The notes: generated by a model from the letters alone, not told the origin. Shown: positions 37,832 through 48,921, numbered from the stretch's first letter. The stretch is 64,000 nucleotides of DNA from Omnitrophica WOR_2 bacterium RIFOXYA2_FULL_38_17 (GCA_001805965.1 MHHG01000024.1:1384-65383); one strand, 5' to 3'. Numbers and translations are program-made.

Positions 37832-39436
37832 ATGTCAAAATTTATCTTTGTTACAGGAGGCGTTGTTTCAAGTTTAGGTAAGGGCATTGCTTCGGCTTCT
37901 ATAGGGAAGCTTTTGGAGACACGAGGATTAAATGTTACTCTTATTAAATGTGATCCTTACTTGAACGTTGATCCGGGAACAATGAGCCCTTTTCAACATG
38001 GAGAGGTTTATGTGACAGATGATGGCGCTGAAACCGATTTGGACCTGGGCCATTATGAAAGGTTTACAAATGCGGTGTTGAGCAAAGATAATAATATTAC
38101 GACGGGAAAGATATATTATTCAGTTATCACAAAAGAACGCAAAGGGGATTATCTGGGAAAAACAGTTCAGATCATCCCGCATATTACTGACGAGATAAAG
38201 AAAAGCATAATAAAGGTTTCCAAAGCGCGGGATGTGGATGTGACTATTGTTGAGATCGGCGGAACTATCGGAGATATAGAGAGCTTGCCGTTCTTAGAGG
38301 CTATTCGTCAACTGAGATGGGAGCTAGGAGAATTTTATGCCCTGAATGTGCACGTGACTTTATTGCCTTATATCAAGTCTGCAGGAGAACAAAAGACAAA
38401 GCCGACCCAGCACAGTGTTGGCAAATTAAGGGCCATTGGTATTGCGCCGGATATTCTTTTGTGTAGAACGGAAAAACATATTACAAAGGATCAAAAAGAT
38501 AAAATTGCTTTGTTCTGTAATGTTGATAAGGAAGCTGTTATTGAGGCTATTGATGTAAAACAGATCTATGAAGTGCCGTTGTCTTTTAAGAAAGAAGGGT
38601 TAGATACCCTCATTTTGAAAAAGCTGAATATAGTTCGTGATGATAATGATCTTGCGGCCTGGAAAAATGAAGTTGTGGGACGCTTAAAGAACCCGGAAAA
38701 GGAAGTAAAGATTTATGTTGTCGGCAAGTATGTGGCCCTGCAAGATGCCTATAAATCGATTTATGAAGCATTGGTTCACGGAGGCATTGCCAACAACGCC
38801 AGGGTCACTATTGTTCGAATTGATTCAGAACAATTAGAAAAAGAAAAGGTTGAAAAGAGACTGGAAGGTGCTCAGGGTATTTTAATACCGGGTGGTTTTG
38901 GAGACAGAGGCATTGAAGGAAAAATTCAGGCAGTACAGTATGCAAGAGAGAATAACATCCCTTATTTTGGTATTTGTCTGGGAATGCAGATAGCTACGAT
39001 CGAATTTGCAAGAAATATATGTAAATTGAAAAATGCAAACTCAACGGAGTTTGTTAAGGATGTAAAAGAACCGGTCATTTCACTTCTTGAAGAGCAAAAA
39101 GCAATAAAGAATTTAGGGGCAACTATGCGCTTAGGTGCATATCCTTGCAGAGTATCAAAAAATTCATTTAGCTATAAGGCATATAAGAAAGAAATTATAT
39201 CCGAACGGCACAGGCATAGATATGAGTTTAACAATAAATATAAAAAGTCATTTGAGAAGCAGGGCATGGTCATTGCAGGGGTAAACACTCATCAGGGACT
39301 GGTTGAGATCATAGAGCTAAAGAACCATCCGTGGTTTGTTGGTTGTCAATTTCACCCTGAATTCAAATCTAAGCCAGACCAAGCGCATCCATTGTTCAAA
39401 CATTTTATTGAAGCAGCGCTTAAATATGGCGGATAG
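37832..39436 (+). CDS. pyrG: CTP synthase
   Basis: 534 aa with a synthetase N-domain (…[13 protein letters not shown]…) and a C-terminal GATase (…GICLGMQ…). Confidence 0.9.
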   Translation: MSKFIFVTGGVVSSLGKGIASASIGKLLETRGLNVTLIKCDPYLNVDPGTMSPFQHGEVYVTDDGAETDLDLGHYERFTNAVLSKDNNITTGKIYYSVITKERKGDYLGKTVQIIPHITDEIKKSIIKVSKARDVDVTIVEIGGTIGDIESLPFLEAIRQLRWELGEFYALNVHVTLLPYIKSAGEQKTKPTQHSVGKLRAIGIAPDILLCRTEKHITKDQKDKIALFCNVDKEAVIEAIDVKQIYEVPLSFKKEGLDTLILKKLNIVRDDNDLAAWKNEVVGRLKNPEKEVKIYVVGKYVALQDAYKSIYEALVHGGIANNARVTIVRIDSEQLEKEKVEKRLEGAQGILIPGGFGDRGIEGKIQAVQYARENNIPYFGICLGMQIATIEFARNICKLKNANSTEFVKDVKEPVISLLEEQKAIKNLGATMRLGAYPCRVSKNSFSYKAYKKEIISERHRHRYEFNNKYKKSFEKQGMVIAGVNTHQGLVEIIELKNHPWFVGCQFHPEFKSKPDQAHPLFKHFIEAALKYGG

Positions 39437-39457
39437 TGATTGAGTTGTAAAAGAATT

Positions 39458-39538
<81 letters not shown>

Positions 39539-39559
39539 TAAAATTTTAGAGGGACTTCC

Positions 39560-40315
39560 ATGCAAAGAGAAAAGAGGTTTTTTGTAGGCCTGCTGAAAGA
39601 CAGCTTTGATCTCTATGTTAGTAATTTGGGTTTTCTTGTCCAGGCATCGATTTGTTTTTTTATTCCCTTGCTGATACTTGATAATTACTTTGCAAAAAAC
39701 AAAATGTTTTGCGTTGACGATGCGCCTGATGGATTGTTTGCTTTGCCATTTTTTTGGATGGTCTTGGTCCTTGTGGTCTTTATGATCCTGTTCTTTTATT
39801 ATGTTGTCGTGATCCTAAAGGCCATAAAGCATGTTGACGATAAAAAACATATTACTATATCAGAATTACATGCTCAGTCCTTAAAAGATCTTTCAGGGTA
39901 CCTTATAGTTAAAGGTATCCTTTTTTTTAAAGTCTTAATAAAGAGCATTATGCTTATTGTGCCGGGAATCGTTGCTTTGGTTCAGTATGGGTTTGCAAGC
40001 TTGGCCTTTGTTGTTGATGATAAGCGTAAAGGCGAGGCGCTAGAATTTAGCAGCGATATTATAAGGAATTGCTGGGTTCAGTATTTAGATTATTCTTTAA
40101 GCTGCTTAGGGATATTTATTTTTATTTTGGCACCCATTGTTGTGCCTTTCGATATTTTTATTCAGGCTGCAGTCATGAAAGACCTTGTGTGGATTGCAAG
40201 GGTTATTGATCTTATAGAGAGCGCCTTAATGCTTGTTGCCTCCATATTTTTGATGGTTTTTTATTATCATCTCTATAAAGAGCTCAAAGAAAGATATCTT
40301 GTAAAAAAGCAATAA
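39560..40315 (+). CDS. Hypothetical polytopic membrane protein
   Basis: 251 aa with about 6 TM segments and no recognised family. Confidence 0.5.
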   Translation: MQREKRFFVGLLKDSFDLYVSNLGFLVQASICFFIPLLILDNYFAKNKMFCVDDAPDGLFALPFFWMVLVLVVFMILFFYYVVVILKAIKHVDDKKHITISELHAQSLKDLSGYLIVKGILFFKVLIKSIMLIVPGIVALVQYGFASLAFVVDDKRKGEALEFSSDIIRNCWVQYLDYSLSCLGIFIFILAPIVVPFDIFIQAAVMKDLVWIARVIDLIESALMLVASIFLMVFYYHLYKELKERYLVKKQ

Positions 40316-40343
40316 GAAACATATTTTATCCGGGGAGTGAACC

Positions 40344-41075
40344 ATGCGTAAAGATATTAAGGTAAGCGTTAGTATTTTATGTGCAGACTTTAAGTATTTA
40401 GCTGATGAAGTAAAAAAGTGTGAAGATTCCGGGGCCGACATGCTTCATGTGGATGTAATGGACGGGCATTTTGTTCCTGTGATAACAGTAGGCAAAATGA
40501 TAGTTGAAGCTATCCGGCCTATCACTAAACTGCCTATTGAAGCGCATCTTATGATAGAGAATCCTTATGCCCATATTGATGATTTTTTAAACGCAGGCGC
40601 AGATATCATTTCAGTACATGCAGAATGTTACGGACAGAGAAGAAAAGGCTGCAGGAATTTTGGAGAATACCCCAAAGAAGTTGATAAGATTGATATTGAG
40701 CTGGCTAGAAAAGATATTAAAAAAGTGCATGATAGCGGTAAAGAAATAATTATGACAGTCAATCCAGGGACGCCTTTATGCTTTGATGAAATTTTGCCCG
40801 AGATTGATGGTGTGTTAATTATGTCCGTTAATCCAGGATTTGCTAAGCAAAAATTTATGCCGGTCGCCTTACCTAAGATCCAGGCGTTAAGCAGGACCTT
40901 TAAAGGATATATAGCAGTTGATGGCGGGGTTAACGCTGATACAGCACAAAGTGTTATTGATGCAGGGGCCAATGTTTTAGCTACTGCAAGTTACTTTTTT
41001 GGTGCCCAAGACCCTTCTCAAGCAGTAAAATACTTGAAAAGCTTAAAGCCGCAAAAGCATAAGAAAAGAGCTTAA
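40344..41075 (+). CDS. rpe: Ribulose-phosphate 3-epimerase (with an internal insertion)
   Basis: 243 aa with the ...SILCADF...HVDVMDGHFVP...GKMIVEAIRP... pattern and a C-terminal ...VDGGVN... motif. Confidence 0.75.
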   Translation: MRKDIKVSVSILCADFKYLADEVKKCEDSGADMLHVDVMDGHFVPVITVGKMIVEAIRPITKLPIEAHLMIENPYAHIDDFLNAGADIISVHAECYGQRRKGCRNFGEYPKEVDKIDIELARKDIKKVHDSGKEIIMTVNPGTPLCFDEILPEIDGVLIMSVNPGFAKQKFMPVALPKIQALSRTFKGYIAVDGGVNADTAQSVIDAGANVLATASYFFGAQDPSQAVKYLKSLKPQKHKKRA

Positions 41076-42004
41076 AGATCTTTTCTTTGATTTCTAACGT
41101 ATTTGCTTTCCTCAAAACTTTTAGCATATGTCTTGAGTTCTGCTCCTATCTCGCCGATCTGTGCAAGGTGAGTGATACTTTGATTAACGCTGCTGACAAT
41201 TCCTATTGATACTGAAAGCAGCCCGAACCTTTGTTCGTTATCCTTGCGGTCCTTACCCTCAATATAGCCACGGGCATTATCTTCTGCATTGTAAAAAGAA
41301 GGGACTTGTGCGTCAAAGGATTCTATGATCTTTTCGCAGATCTGATCAGCCAGGTTATCTGGCGAAATGAATACAAAATCATCTCCTCCAATATGTCCTA
41401 CGAAGGCAGTATCTCCGGCTATTTCCCTGACATGTTTAATGATTATTCTGGCAATAGCCTTAATGACATCGTCACCTTTTTCAAAGCCGTATTTGTCATT
41501 ATAAACCTTGAATTTATCAAGGTCAGCGTATCCAACAGCAAAAGGATTCTTTTCGCTTATATTCTTTTGTAATTCATCCATGATCGATGCATTTCCAGGA
41601 AGATGAGTAAGGGGATTAGCATCAAGGCTTCTGATAGTTCTTCTGAGGATCATTTTGATCCTGGCTAATAACTCGTCAGGATCAAAAGGCTTTACCATAT
41701 AATCATCAACGCCAGCTTCAATGCCTCCGATGCGGTCGTGTACTTCGCCTTTGCCGGTTAGCATAATGATAGGGATGTGGCTAAGCAGGATATCCTTTTT
41801 AAGGGCCTTGCAGAATTCTCGGCCGTTCATTATAGGCATCATATAATCGCATATGATAAGGTCAGGGATCTTTTGTTGTACTATTTGCAAGCCTTCTTCG
41901 CCATTATTGCCCTGGACTACGTCATAATATTCTGACAAGGTAAGATCCAAAACATCCAGGATATCTGGATCGTCATCAACAGTTACAATTAACTCTCTTT
42001 TCAT
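41072..42004 (-). CDS. Response regulator: REC + GGDEF-family domain with variant GGDDF motif
   Basis: 310 aa with an N-terminal REC domain (…LIICDYMMPIMNG…). The C-terminal domain has the DKFKVYNDKYGF and ...IGGDDFVFI... motifs. Confidence 0.75.
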   Translation of the reverse strand: MKRELIVTVDDDPDILDVLDLTLSEYYDVVQGNNGEEGLQIVQQKIPDLIICDYMMPIMNGREFCKALKKDILLSHIPIIMLTGKGEVHDRIGGIEAGVDDYMVKPFDPDELLARIKMILRRTIRSLDANPLTHLPGNASIMDELQKNISEKNPFAVGYADLDKFKVYNDKYGFEKGDDVIKAIARIIIKHVREIAGDTAFVGHIGGDDFVFISPDNLADQICEKIIESFDAQVPSFYNAEDNARGYIEGKDRKDNEQRFGLLSVSIGIVSSVNQSITHLAQIGEIGAELKTYAKSFEESKYVRNQRKDL

Positions 42005-42061
42005 TTTTGAGCCCTTTACGTTTAATTAGTGCGATGCATTTTACTAGAAGGAATATAGCAC

Positions 42062-43543
42062 TTATGCAGGAATAGTGAAGTGGAAAGTTGTACCTTTCCC
42101 GATTTCACTGGTTATCCAAATCCTTCCTTTATGTGCTTCAACTATCTTTTTTGCCAAGGCGAGGCCTAAGCCAGTACCTTTAACATTTTGATTTATCTTG
42201 TTTTCTACGCGGTAAAATTCATCGAACAGCCTTTTTATATCCTGCTCTGAAATACCGATTCCGGTATCAGAAACGCATACAGTAACCATGTCATCTTTTA
42301 AGGAGGCAGATATAGAAATAGTCCCGTCTTCAGGGGTGAACTTGATGGCATTGCTTATCAGGTTAATAAAAACTCGTTCATAATGACTGCTATCCAGCAA
42401 TAGTGTAGGAACATCTGGGGCAATGTCAGTTACCCAGTTTATTTTTTTATCTTTTAATTGTGGCGTTAATAAGTCATGAACGTTCTCTATCATTCTTGAG
42501 ATATCACATTGATTAAACTTCATTTCAACTCTGCCGGATTCTATCCTCGAGATATCCAGAAGCTCATTGATCAAATTAACCAGATTATCAGAGTGGGTGT
42601 TTATTTTTGCCAAACGCAATTTAACATTTTCAGGAACTTCGCCAAGTTTTCCTGCCATGAGAATTGATGCATATCCTTTGATTGATGTTAAAGGGGTGCG
42701 TAATTCATGTGAAACTGCTGAAATAAATTCAGACTTTGTTTTGCTGATATTTTTGACCTCATCCAGGGCGGATTTAAGTTCAATAGTCCTGCTTTGGACC
42801 TTGCTTTCTAAAGCCTGCCTGGACCTGTATACTTCCTCAAATAAACGAGCATTATCAAGAGCTTGGGCAATTTGTGTTGCTAGTATGGAGATCAGCTCTT
42901 CGTCACCCTCGGTGATCGAGGATGTTGCAGCAGAGTTACCTACAAAGATAAGGCCTACCATGCCGTCAGTGGTCATGATAGGATTGAAAATATAATGCAT
43001 AACATTAAATGTTCGAATAATCGTGTCTTTTTGTAGTTTTGTTGAGTTTTCAGAAGATATCGTTTTGCCGTTCTCAAGCAATTTGATAAGCTCAGAATCG
43101 TTTCTTAAATGATCTAAAATAGCAGCTTTTTCTTTAGGCGTAAAGCCGATCTCTGAGCGGTCATAAAGAGCCTTGTTCTTGTCGTATTGAAGTATAAGGG
43201 TTTTTTCAAAACCAATATCCATCAAAAAGGTTTGGTCAAGTTTTGCAAAGATCTCATTTTCATTAAGGGATGTGCTTATAAGCTGAGAGGTGTTTTGTAA
43301 GGCGTCTAATCCGTTTAAACGCTTATCTAGCTCTTCTTGGGCTTTGTTAAGCTCAAGGTCGGTTTTAACGATAAGCTTTGCTTGTTCATCTAGGTCATTA
43401 AATGACTTTTTGAGTTTCTCAACGAGGGTGGTTAATTCCTTCACCTGTTCATCTTTTCCAATGTATAAAAAGACAAGCACCCCGATTATAATAAAAACAA
43501 AGGAGCCTACAAAATACCAAATATTTGCTGTAATGATTTCCAT
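42062..43543 (-). CDS. Sensor histidine kinase (TM, coiled-coil, GAF-like, HisKA, HATPase)
   Basis: 493 aa with an N-terminal TM helix and the H-box SHELRTPLTSIKGYA. The ATPase G-boxes are ...GTGLGLALAKKIVEAHKGRIWI... Confidence 0.85.
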   Translation of the reverse strand: MEIITANIWYFVGSFVFIIIGVLVFLYIGKDEQVKELTTLVEKLKKSFNDLDEQAKLIVKTDLELNKAQEELDKRLNGLDALQNTSQLISTSLNENEIFAKLDQTFLMDIGFEKTLILQYDKNKALYDRSEIGFTPKEKAAILDHLRNDSELIKLLENGKTISSENSTKLQKDTIIRTFNVMHYIFNPIMTTDGMVGLIFVGNSAATSSITEGDEELISILATQIAQALDNARLFEEVYRSRQALESKVQSRTIELKSALDEVKNISKTKSEFISAVSHELRTPLTSIKGYASILMAGKLGEVPENVKLRLAKINTHSDNLVNLINELLDISRIESGRVEMKFNQCDISRMIENVHDLLTPQLKDKKINWVTDIAPDVPTLLLDSSHYERVFINLISNAIKFTPEDGTISISASLKDDMVTVCVSDTGIGISEQDIKRLFDEFYRVENKINQNVKGTGLGLALAKKIVEAHKGRIWITSEIGKGTTFHFTIPA

Positions 43544-43652
43544 ACGGATCGCTTTTGATGGTCTGTTAAAATTGAATTAATGATAAGATTTTATAATAAT
43601 CTCATTACAAATAAAAGCTAAAAATCGCTAATTACTATACAGCAAATATTTT

Positions 43653-44840
43653 CTAGCTTAGGGCAACGACAACAATGCTTTCATTTTGAAGATGCGGCCT
43701 GTGGATGCTTGTTCTTGTCTTAAATGGACATATTTCACCGTTTGAATACATTCCAAAAATAGGCACGTGTTCTCCAAAAACATTCCTAACTCTTTTTATC
43801 TCTTGATATGCGTTTCTGCCAAGAAGTTTGAGTCGCGCCATTGAGCTTATTACTAAAACAAGCTTAGCTTCTTTGGGGCCCAAGTTATTCTTTGCGTCAC
43901 GGGCGGCTTCTTCTGCCGCATATTTGCAGGAGTCCTTATTCCCGATCATTAAATGTACTTTGACGCCTTGAGGTATGGCCCCTTGGCAGACGATGCTCCC
44001 ATCAGGTAAGATTTGTGTTGCGTTTCTAAGCAGGTATTCATTGCTTTCAGCTGAATAAATGCCTAGAGGATAAAAAATCACAGTCTGCCCTAATTTTGTT
44101 GACAGCAGTTCTGCAGACTCTTCTTCAAAATAGTTCTCGTATAAACTAACAGCTTTCTTTCCATCAATTGTGTTGATTATGTTTCCGGTTGTTTTGTGGA
44201 TGATATGAGGCTTGCCTAAAGGGCGCCAGCCATGATGCCCTCCGATCCCAACAGCAACATGACCGCCAAGCAATAAACCGGTAGCGCTGTTCTTGATAGC
44301 TTGGTTTTGATATATTTCGTATGATTTTGTGAACTGAAAATCATCGCAGCTTCCGGCACCTACGATAGGGAATACGCTGCCAAGTACTTCTTGCATGCTT
44401 TTTAAGAACAGCAAAGGATTCTTTAGGTGGCTGTTGACCATGAAGAACATAAGCTGTCTGGCATGTCTTCCAAAATCGGCAACAGTATTTTTAGCAAAAT
44501 TAAATCCGGCTTCTTGCGTGTTCTCAGGAGTGATATCTTTAAAAAAGCCTGTCCCGCTTTTTACTTCATCAGAGGTATATGCCAGTACGCTAATGCCCCG
44601 TGTTTGAACTGAATCGGAAAGGATTATGCCTGCGGTAGAGCAGCCAACGGTTTTTGTATTGCCGAGAACTTGATTTATGACCGGGAAGATAATCTTTGTG
44701 TCATAATGAACAGTACAAAAAATTATCGCAAAATCAATTCGGTCTTTGGCTAGATTTGTTTTTGCATAAAAAGCGGCATCTCTGGCTGCCTTATGCTGGT
44801 CATAATCTTTGCTGAAACCAATTCCTATAAATGTTGCCAC
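43653..44840 (-). CDS. FIST-domain sensory protein (FIST_N + FIST_C)
   Basis: 395 aa. The N-terminus MATFIGIGFSKDYDQHKAARDAA is typical of FIST_N. It is cytoplasmic with no TM segment, and lies directly upstream of the HK on the same strand. Confidence 0.6.
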   Translation of the reverse strand: MATFIGIGFSKDYDQHKAARDAAFYAKTNLAKDRIDFAIIFCTVHYDTKIIFPVINQVLGNTKTVGCSTAGIILSDSVQTRGISVLAYTSDEVKSGTGFFKDITPENTQEAGFNFAKNTVADFGRHARQLMFFMVNSHLKNPLLFLKSMQEVLGSVFPIVGAGSCDDFQFTKSYEIYQNQAIKNSATGLLLGGHVAVGIGGHHGWRPLGKPHIIHKTTGNIINTIDGKKAVSLYENYFEEESAELLSTKLGQTVIFYPLGIYSAESNEYLLRNATQILPDGSIVCQGAIPQGVKVHLMIGNKDSCKYAAEEAARDAKNNLGPKEAKLVLVISSMARLKLLGRNAYQEIKRVRNVFGEHVPIFGMYSNGEICPFKTRTSIHRPHLQNESIVVVALS

Positions 44841-45005
44841 CTGATAATTCTCCGAGAATCTGTTGGAAAAACAGCTTTTTTAATCTGTTGCTCATTTTAG
44901 CTTCTGCTACTGATAGTGTCAATAAATTCAACAGGTAATTAATATTTCTATTAAGATATTTATTTAAATGTCTGGTTTATATTAAAAATGGAAAAAAATC
45001 ATATT

Positions 45006-45419
45006 TTAAGGACAATTATTAGCGGGTGCACAATGGATTCCATCAGCAAAAGGGGAGGGTATAATTTGGTCGGTCAGAACATATCTTTGAGCTAACGGGA
45101 GTAGTCTGGTCGCTTCAAGATCATTACCTGCTTGAGTTCCATATAAGTAGGTGAATTCAGTGTCAATAATGTTGATTTCCAAATTGCTATTAATTTCTGT
45201 TAGAGACCAATCAACAACATTTACATCAGGATAATCTCCATGTCTCATCTTATATATGTCAAGGGCTGCATGGATCGTTTGCATGTTTAGCTGGGCTTTG
45301 CGGGAAAGCTCTCTTTCATACATTTTGTTGAAGTTTGGTACAGAGAAGGCAGCGATAGTGCCTATAATTATGGTTGTTATTATTATCTCAGTAAGCGTAA
45401 AGCCTCGATTATTTCTCAT
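45006..45419 (-). CDS. Prepilin-type (type IV pilin/pseudopilin-like) protein
   Basis: ORF trimmed to MRNNRGFTLTEIIITTIIIGTIAA. This gives the class III leader + GFTLxE methylation motif and a hydrophobic helix. Confidence 0.7.
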   Translation of the reverse strand: MRNNRGFTLTEIIITTIIIGTIAAFSVPNFNKMYERELSRKAQLNMQTIHAALDIYKMRHGDYPDVNVVDWSLTEINSNLEINIIDTEFTYLYGTQAGNDLEATRLLPLAQRYVLTDQIIPSPFADGIHCAPANNCP

Positions 45420-45601
45420 GATATGTTTTTTCTTTAGTAAGCGTGTTAATTTTGACCTGGATTTTTTCTTGGTGTTTATTATAATGGCTTTTATTTTGAT
45501 AGACAAGTTAATTATCAGTTGAAAAATTTGACATTACAATATTGTTGACCGAACAAAAAAATATGATATTATTGAATGGCTTGCAAATCGAGAGCGTTTT
45601 T

Positions 45602-45675
45602 GGCCCCATCGTCTAGCCTGGTTAGGACGGGAGATTCTCAGTCTTCAAACACGGGTTCGAATCCCGTTGGGGCTA
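45602..45675 (+). tRNA. tRNA-Glu (anticodon CTC)
   Basis: Hand-folded. Acceptor stem GGCCCCA/TGGGGCT (G1-U72). D-arm CGTCTAGCCTGGTTAGGAC, like E. coli tRNA-Glu. Anticodon loop TTCTCAG. T-arm ACGGG-TTCGAAT-CCCGT. Confidence 0.75.
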
Positions 45676-45685
45676 TTTAAGCATA

Positions 45686-45734
45686 AAAAAGGCATTATCC
45701 GTCGCGATGCGACAGATGGTGCCTTTTCTGTTTG
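45686..45734 (+). terminator. Intrinsic terminator after tRNA-Glu
   Basis: AAAAGGCA...(inner GTCGC-gat-GCGAC)...TGCCTTTT followed by a T-rich tail. Confidence 0.5.
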
Positions 45735-45926
45735 TTTTTAAATCAGGGCACAGAAAAAACAGGATATTGCGGTTATATTCTTTCAAAAATCCTTGTACAT
45801 AAAAAGAGGTTTGCCTACAGGCTCAAGGAACATTTTGAGACAAAAATGATATGTTTGTCGCTTGTATGTACAGTTATAATAAGTATAATAATAAAATAGA
45901 CAGGCAATATAGGAGTCTTTTAAACA

Positions 45927-48011
45927 ATGAAGAAAATTTTAATAATTGTATTTATTCTTCTGGCTACCCCATCTTTTGCAGAGAAGCTTCAACTAACGTC
46001 AGGCTTAACTGTGAGAGGCACGTTCGTTCGACGTGCTCAAGATTTTGTCATAGTGGATACCGGCCTCGGGGTGGAAGTATCTTTCTATTTTGATGAGATT
46101 GAAAGTGTTGATGGTGAACCGTTTGATGAAAAGATGCTCAAAGGTGTTGCCGAAATCCCGGCAGAAGAGCTAAAAAAGCTTAATGCCAGGCCTGAAGATC
46201 AAATAGAATTACCTGAAGACATAAAGGAAAAGCCGGCGCCCGTCCAACAGGAAAACCCAGATATAGAATTTAAACGCGTTCAGGAACAGGCCAATAATGA
46301 ATTTGAAAAAGGCAATATTAATAGGGCGTTTAAGCTGGTTGAAACTATATTTGAGAAATGTGATGATTTTCAAGAACGCCGATGCCTGGAAACATTTGAT
46401 CTATATCTTTCCATAGCAGTACATTCGCTTGCTTTTATTGATGAGGGGGGGTTGTATGACAAGATCGATAGCTATGCGAAAGATTTTCTCGATCATATTG
46501 AGCCGATTGGCGACCTTAATAATGTTATAGGCAAAATTGATAAAATAGAGGAAGGGCAAGAGGACGTCCAGAATAGTGCTTATAGCAGGCTATTTCAAGT
46601 GTATGCTTATTATTGTCTATACCTGGCTTCAAAAAAGGATATTGACGGGGCGAAAACATACATGTTGAAAGCTGGAAAGTTCGATCCAAATTTTGGAAAA
46701 GGGCTAGAAGGGTTAATAGGAGCATACGAGAAATTATTCTCTGATAAAGAAGTTATTGCCGTCTATAATGCGCTCTATGATATGCAAATAAGGCTATCGG
46801 CGTTAACGGAAGCTCCAGTGAACATAAAAGTTCTATATGACAGATTTCAAATAGATAGGTCAGCAAACGAGGATCGCATTATTGATCAATTGGCAGCACA
46901 ATTAGATCTGGTTAAGAACGAAGTGTTTGGCTTTAAAAGCAAGGAAGATTTTAACAAAAAGACCTTGCCGCTATTTGTCACTCTTTTAGATTCAGAAACG
47001 CCGGAATTTTTGGTTTGGTACTTTAAGAATTTTGCTAAGCAATCTCCAGAAATAAAGAAAGAAATGAATGAAAGGTTCAAGAGCTCGTTTGTTTCGATGA
47101 TCAATTATGTTCTTCTTAAAGCGAGAGGGTTTGATGTCTATTATGTGGCGACATGGGCAAAGGTGCCTGAATCAAGGGACCCTGAGAGTGGAGGGAGCTC
47201 TATTTTAGACCTGTTTGGCGGTAAAAAGACACCTGGGGAAAATGTGGAGAATTCTTTATGCGCCGTTAAAATAAGCGACAAGAATTTTGTCTTTGTTGAT
47301 TTTCTCGAGCATTGGATCAGTAAAAAGTTTATTCTTGAAGATGTCTACGAGAAAAAGGGCGAAATATACTATGAGATGAAGCCAGGCATTAAACACAATG
47401 ACCTCTATGAACATTTTCAATTAAGCAAAGGCGCATTAGTCCAGGCTAATGTTATTTCCAATCTTTTATTGCAAATGAATAGAATGGGTTATCCGCTTCA
47501 GGCGGATAATCCTTCTTTGAAGTTGGCAAGGATAAAAAATCCTCATAACAGGAACGGGTATCATCTGTTGGCTTATATTAGTTTTGGTGAGGGAAAGATT
47601 GCAGATTCTATAAATTATCTTAAGATGTCTCTTAAGGCCTATAATAATGACCCTCAAACCAATTATCTTCTGGGGCAGTTTTATTATGAAAGCAGAGATT
47701 ATATCAATAGCATTGAAAGTTTAAGCAATGCATTAAAGAGTGATCCAAGTCTTATCGGGGCAAGGTTGCTTTTGGCAAGTAATTATTATGAAATAAAAGA
47801 TTATGGATCTGCTTTAGAGGAAGCACAAAAATGCCTTAAAGAGAAGCCTAATGACCCTTCCGTACATATTATGCTTATTCAGCTGTATCCTTCTTTTGGG
47901 AATATTCCGGCGGCAAAAAATCATGCAAGAGAAGCGATCAAGCTTTTAAAGTTGCAAGGAGAGACGAAGAGGGCGGCTGATATAGCGAAATATCTCGAAA
48001 GTTTGCAATAA
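45927..48011 (+). CDS. Secreted TPR-repeat protein
   Basis: 694 aa with a signal peptide. The C-terminal ~150 aa hold TPR repeats (…AYNNDPQTNYLLGQFYYESRDYINSIESLSNALKSDP…). Confidence 0.6.
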   Translation: MKKILIIVFILLATPSFAEKLQLTSGLTVRGTFVRRAQDFVIVDTGLGVEVSFYFDEIESVDGEPFDEKMLKGVAEIPAEELKKLNARPEDQIELPEDIKEKPAPVQQENPDIEFKRVQEQANNEFEKGNINRAFKLVETIFEKCDDFQERRCLETFDLYLSIAVHSLAFIDEGGLYDKIDSYAKDFLDHIEPIGDLNNVIGKIDKIEEGQEDVQNSAYSRLFQVYAYYCLYLASKKDIDGAKTYMLKAGKFDPNFGKGLEGLIGAYEKLFSDKEVIAVYNALYDMQIRLSALTEAPVNIKVLYDRFQIDRSANEDRIIDQLAAQLDLVKNEVFGFKSKEDFNKKTLPLFVTLLDSETPEFLVWYFKNFAKQSPEIKKEMNERFKSSFVSMINYVLLKARGFDVYYVATWAKVPESRDPESGGSSILDLFGGKKTPGENVENSLCAVKISDKNFVFVDFLEHWISKKFILEDVYEKKGEIYYEMKPGIKHNDLYEHFQLSKGALVQANVISNLLLQMNRMGYPLQADNPSLKLARIKNPHNRNGYHLLAYISFGEGKIADSINYLKMSLKAYNNDPQTNYLLGQFYYESRDYINSIESLSNALKSDPSLIGARLLLASNYYEIKDYGSALEEAQKCLKEKPNDPSVHIMLIQLYPSFGNIPAAKNHAREAIKLLKLQGETKRAADIAKYLESLQ

Positions 48012-48137
48012 GTTCTAAATGTTATTTTTCAAGCTCTTTAAGGGGTTGTTTCAGCCGGGCTCCTTTTTGGGTCGAGGCCGTCATTTCTAATATGCAGGCA
48101 ACCAGAGTCAGCTTATAGGAGTTTAAAAGGATGAAAA

Positions 48138-48899
48138 GTGTATTATAATAAATTTTTTACAATGCTTTCTTTTTGGAAGAAATTTGGCTTCAATAATCTT
48201 CTATATTTTCTTTTTACAAAGAACCAAGAAGTTCGTCACTGGCCCGGGTTCCTTCCGATCTTTGGGATTATTACCAATAAAGAAGAAATCCGCAATATAC
48301 GTGACAATATCTTTCAAGGTTCACTTCGTGATCAATTAATAGAGAAAATAATCAAGAAAACAAAGAATCCCATAATAATTGATTGCGGGATCAATATAGG
48401 CGTAACGGTACGCTGGTGGTTTTATCTTAACCCCAGCAGTATTGTTTATGGTATTGATATGATGCGTGAAGCACACGAGTTTACCTTGAGATCATTATCT
48501 GAAAAATTCAAAAAAAGCTATATCCCGATCACTTTGGCGCTTGCCGCAGACAATAATCAAATGTTTAAAGTTCAATATAATGAACCTTTGTTTGGAGCAA
48601 ACAGCGTTAAATCCTTTGGAGAACATGAAAGAAATGTCTGTTCGTCCACTCTTGATGAATGTTTGAGGAAGTATTGCAGCAACAATAAAATCGATCTAAT
48701 GAAAGTTGATATAGAGGGTAGCGCAGCGGCCATGTTTAGTGGCGCGACCCAGAGTTTAAAGAGAATAAAACATATTTTTTTGGAATGGCATGATGACGAC
48801 GAAAGAGATAGCTCTATTAGCCTGCTGGCTAAAGCCGGATTTTTTATAAGAAAAAGATATAAGCGTCATATCTGGTTTGAAAATCTTTTAAAATGCTAG
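48138..48899 (+). CDS. Probable SAM-dependent methyltransferase (FkbM-like)
   Basis: 253 aa with IIDCGINIGVT, resembling the FkbM D-x-G-A-N-x-G motif. The start is uncertain, and the internal ATG at 48162 is possible. Confidence 0.4.
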   Translation: MYYNKFFTMLSFWKKFGFNNLLYFLFTKNQEVRHWPGFLPIFGIITNKEEIRNIRDNIFQGSLRDQLIEKIIKKTKNPIIIDCGINIGVTVRWWFYLNPSSIVYGIDMMREAHEFTLRSLSEKFKKSYIPITLALAADNNQMFKVQYNEPLFGANSVKSFGEHERNVCSSTLDECLRKYCSNNKIDLMKVDIEGSAAAMFSGATQSLKRIKHIFLEWHDDDERDSSISLLAKAGFFIRKRYKRHIWFENLLKC

Positions 48900-48921
48900 A
48901 TGGATAAAGTTTATATATTTG

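Noticed and set aside
45851-46093. 80-aa ORF overlapping the start of the TPR protein gene
   Set aside because: It overlaps the signal-peptide region of the 694-aa gene in another frame and has no RBS. It is rejected as spurious.
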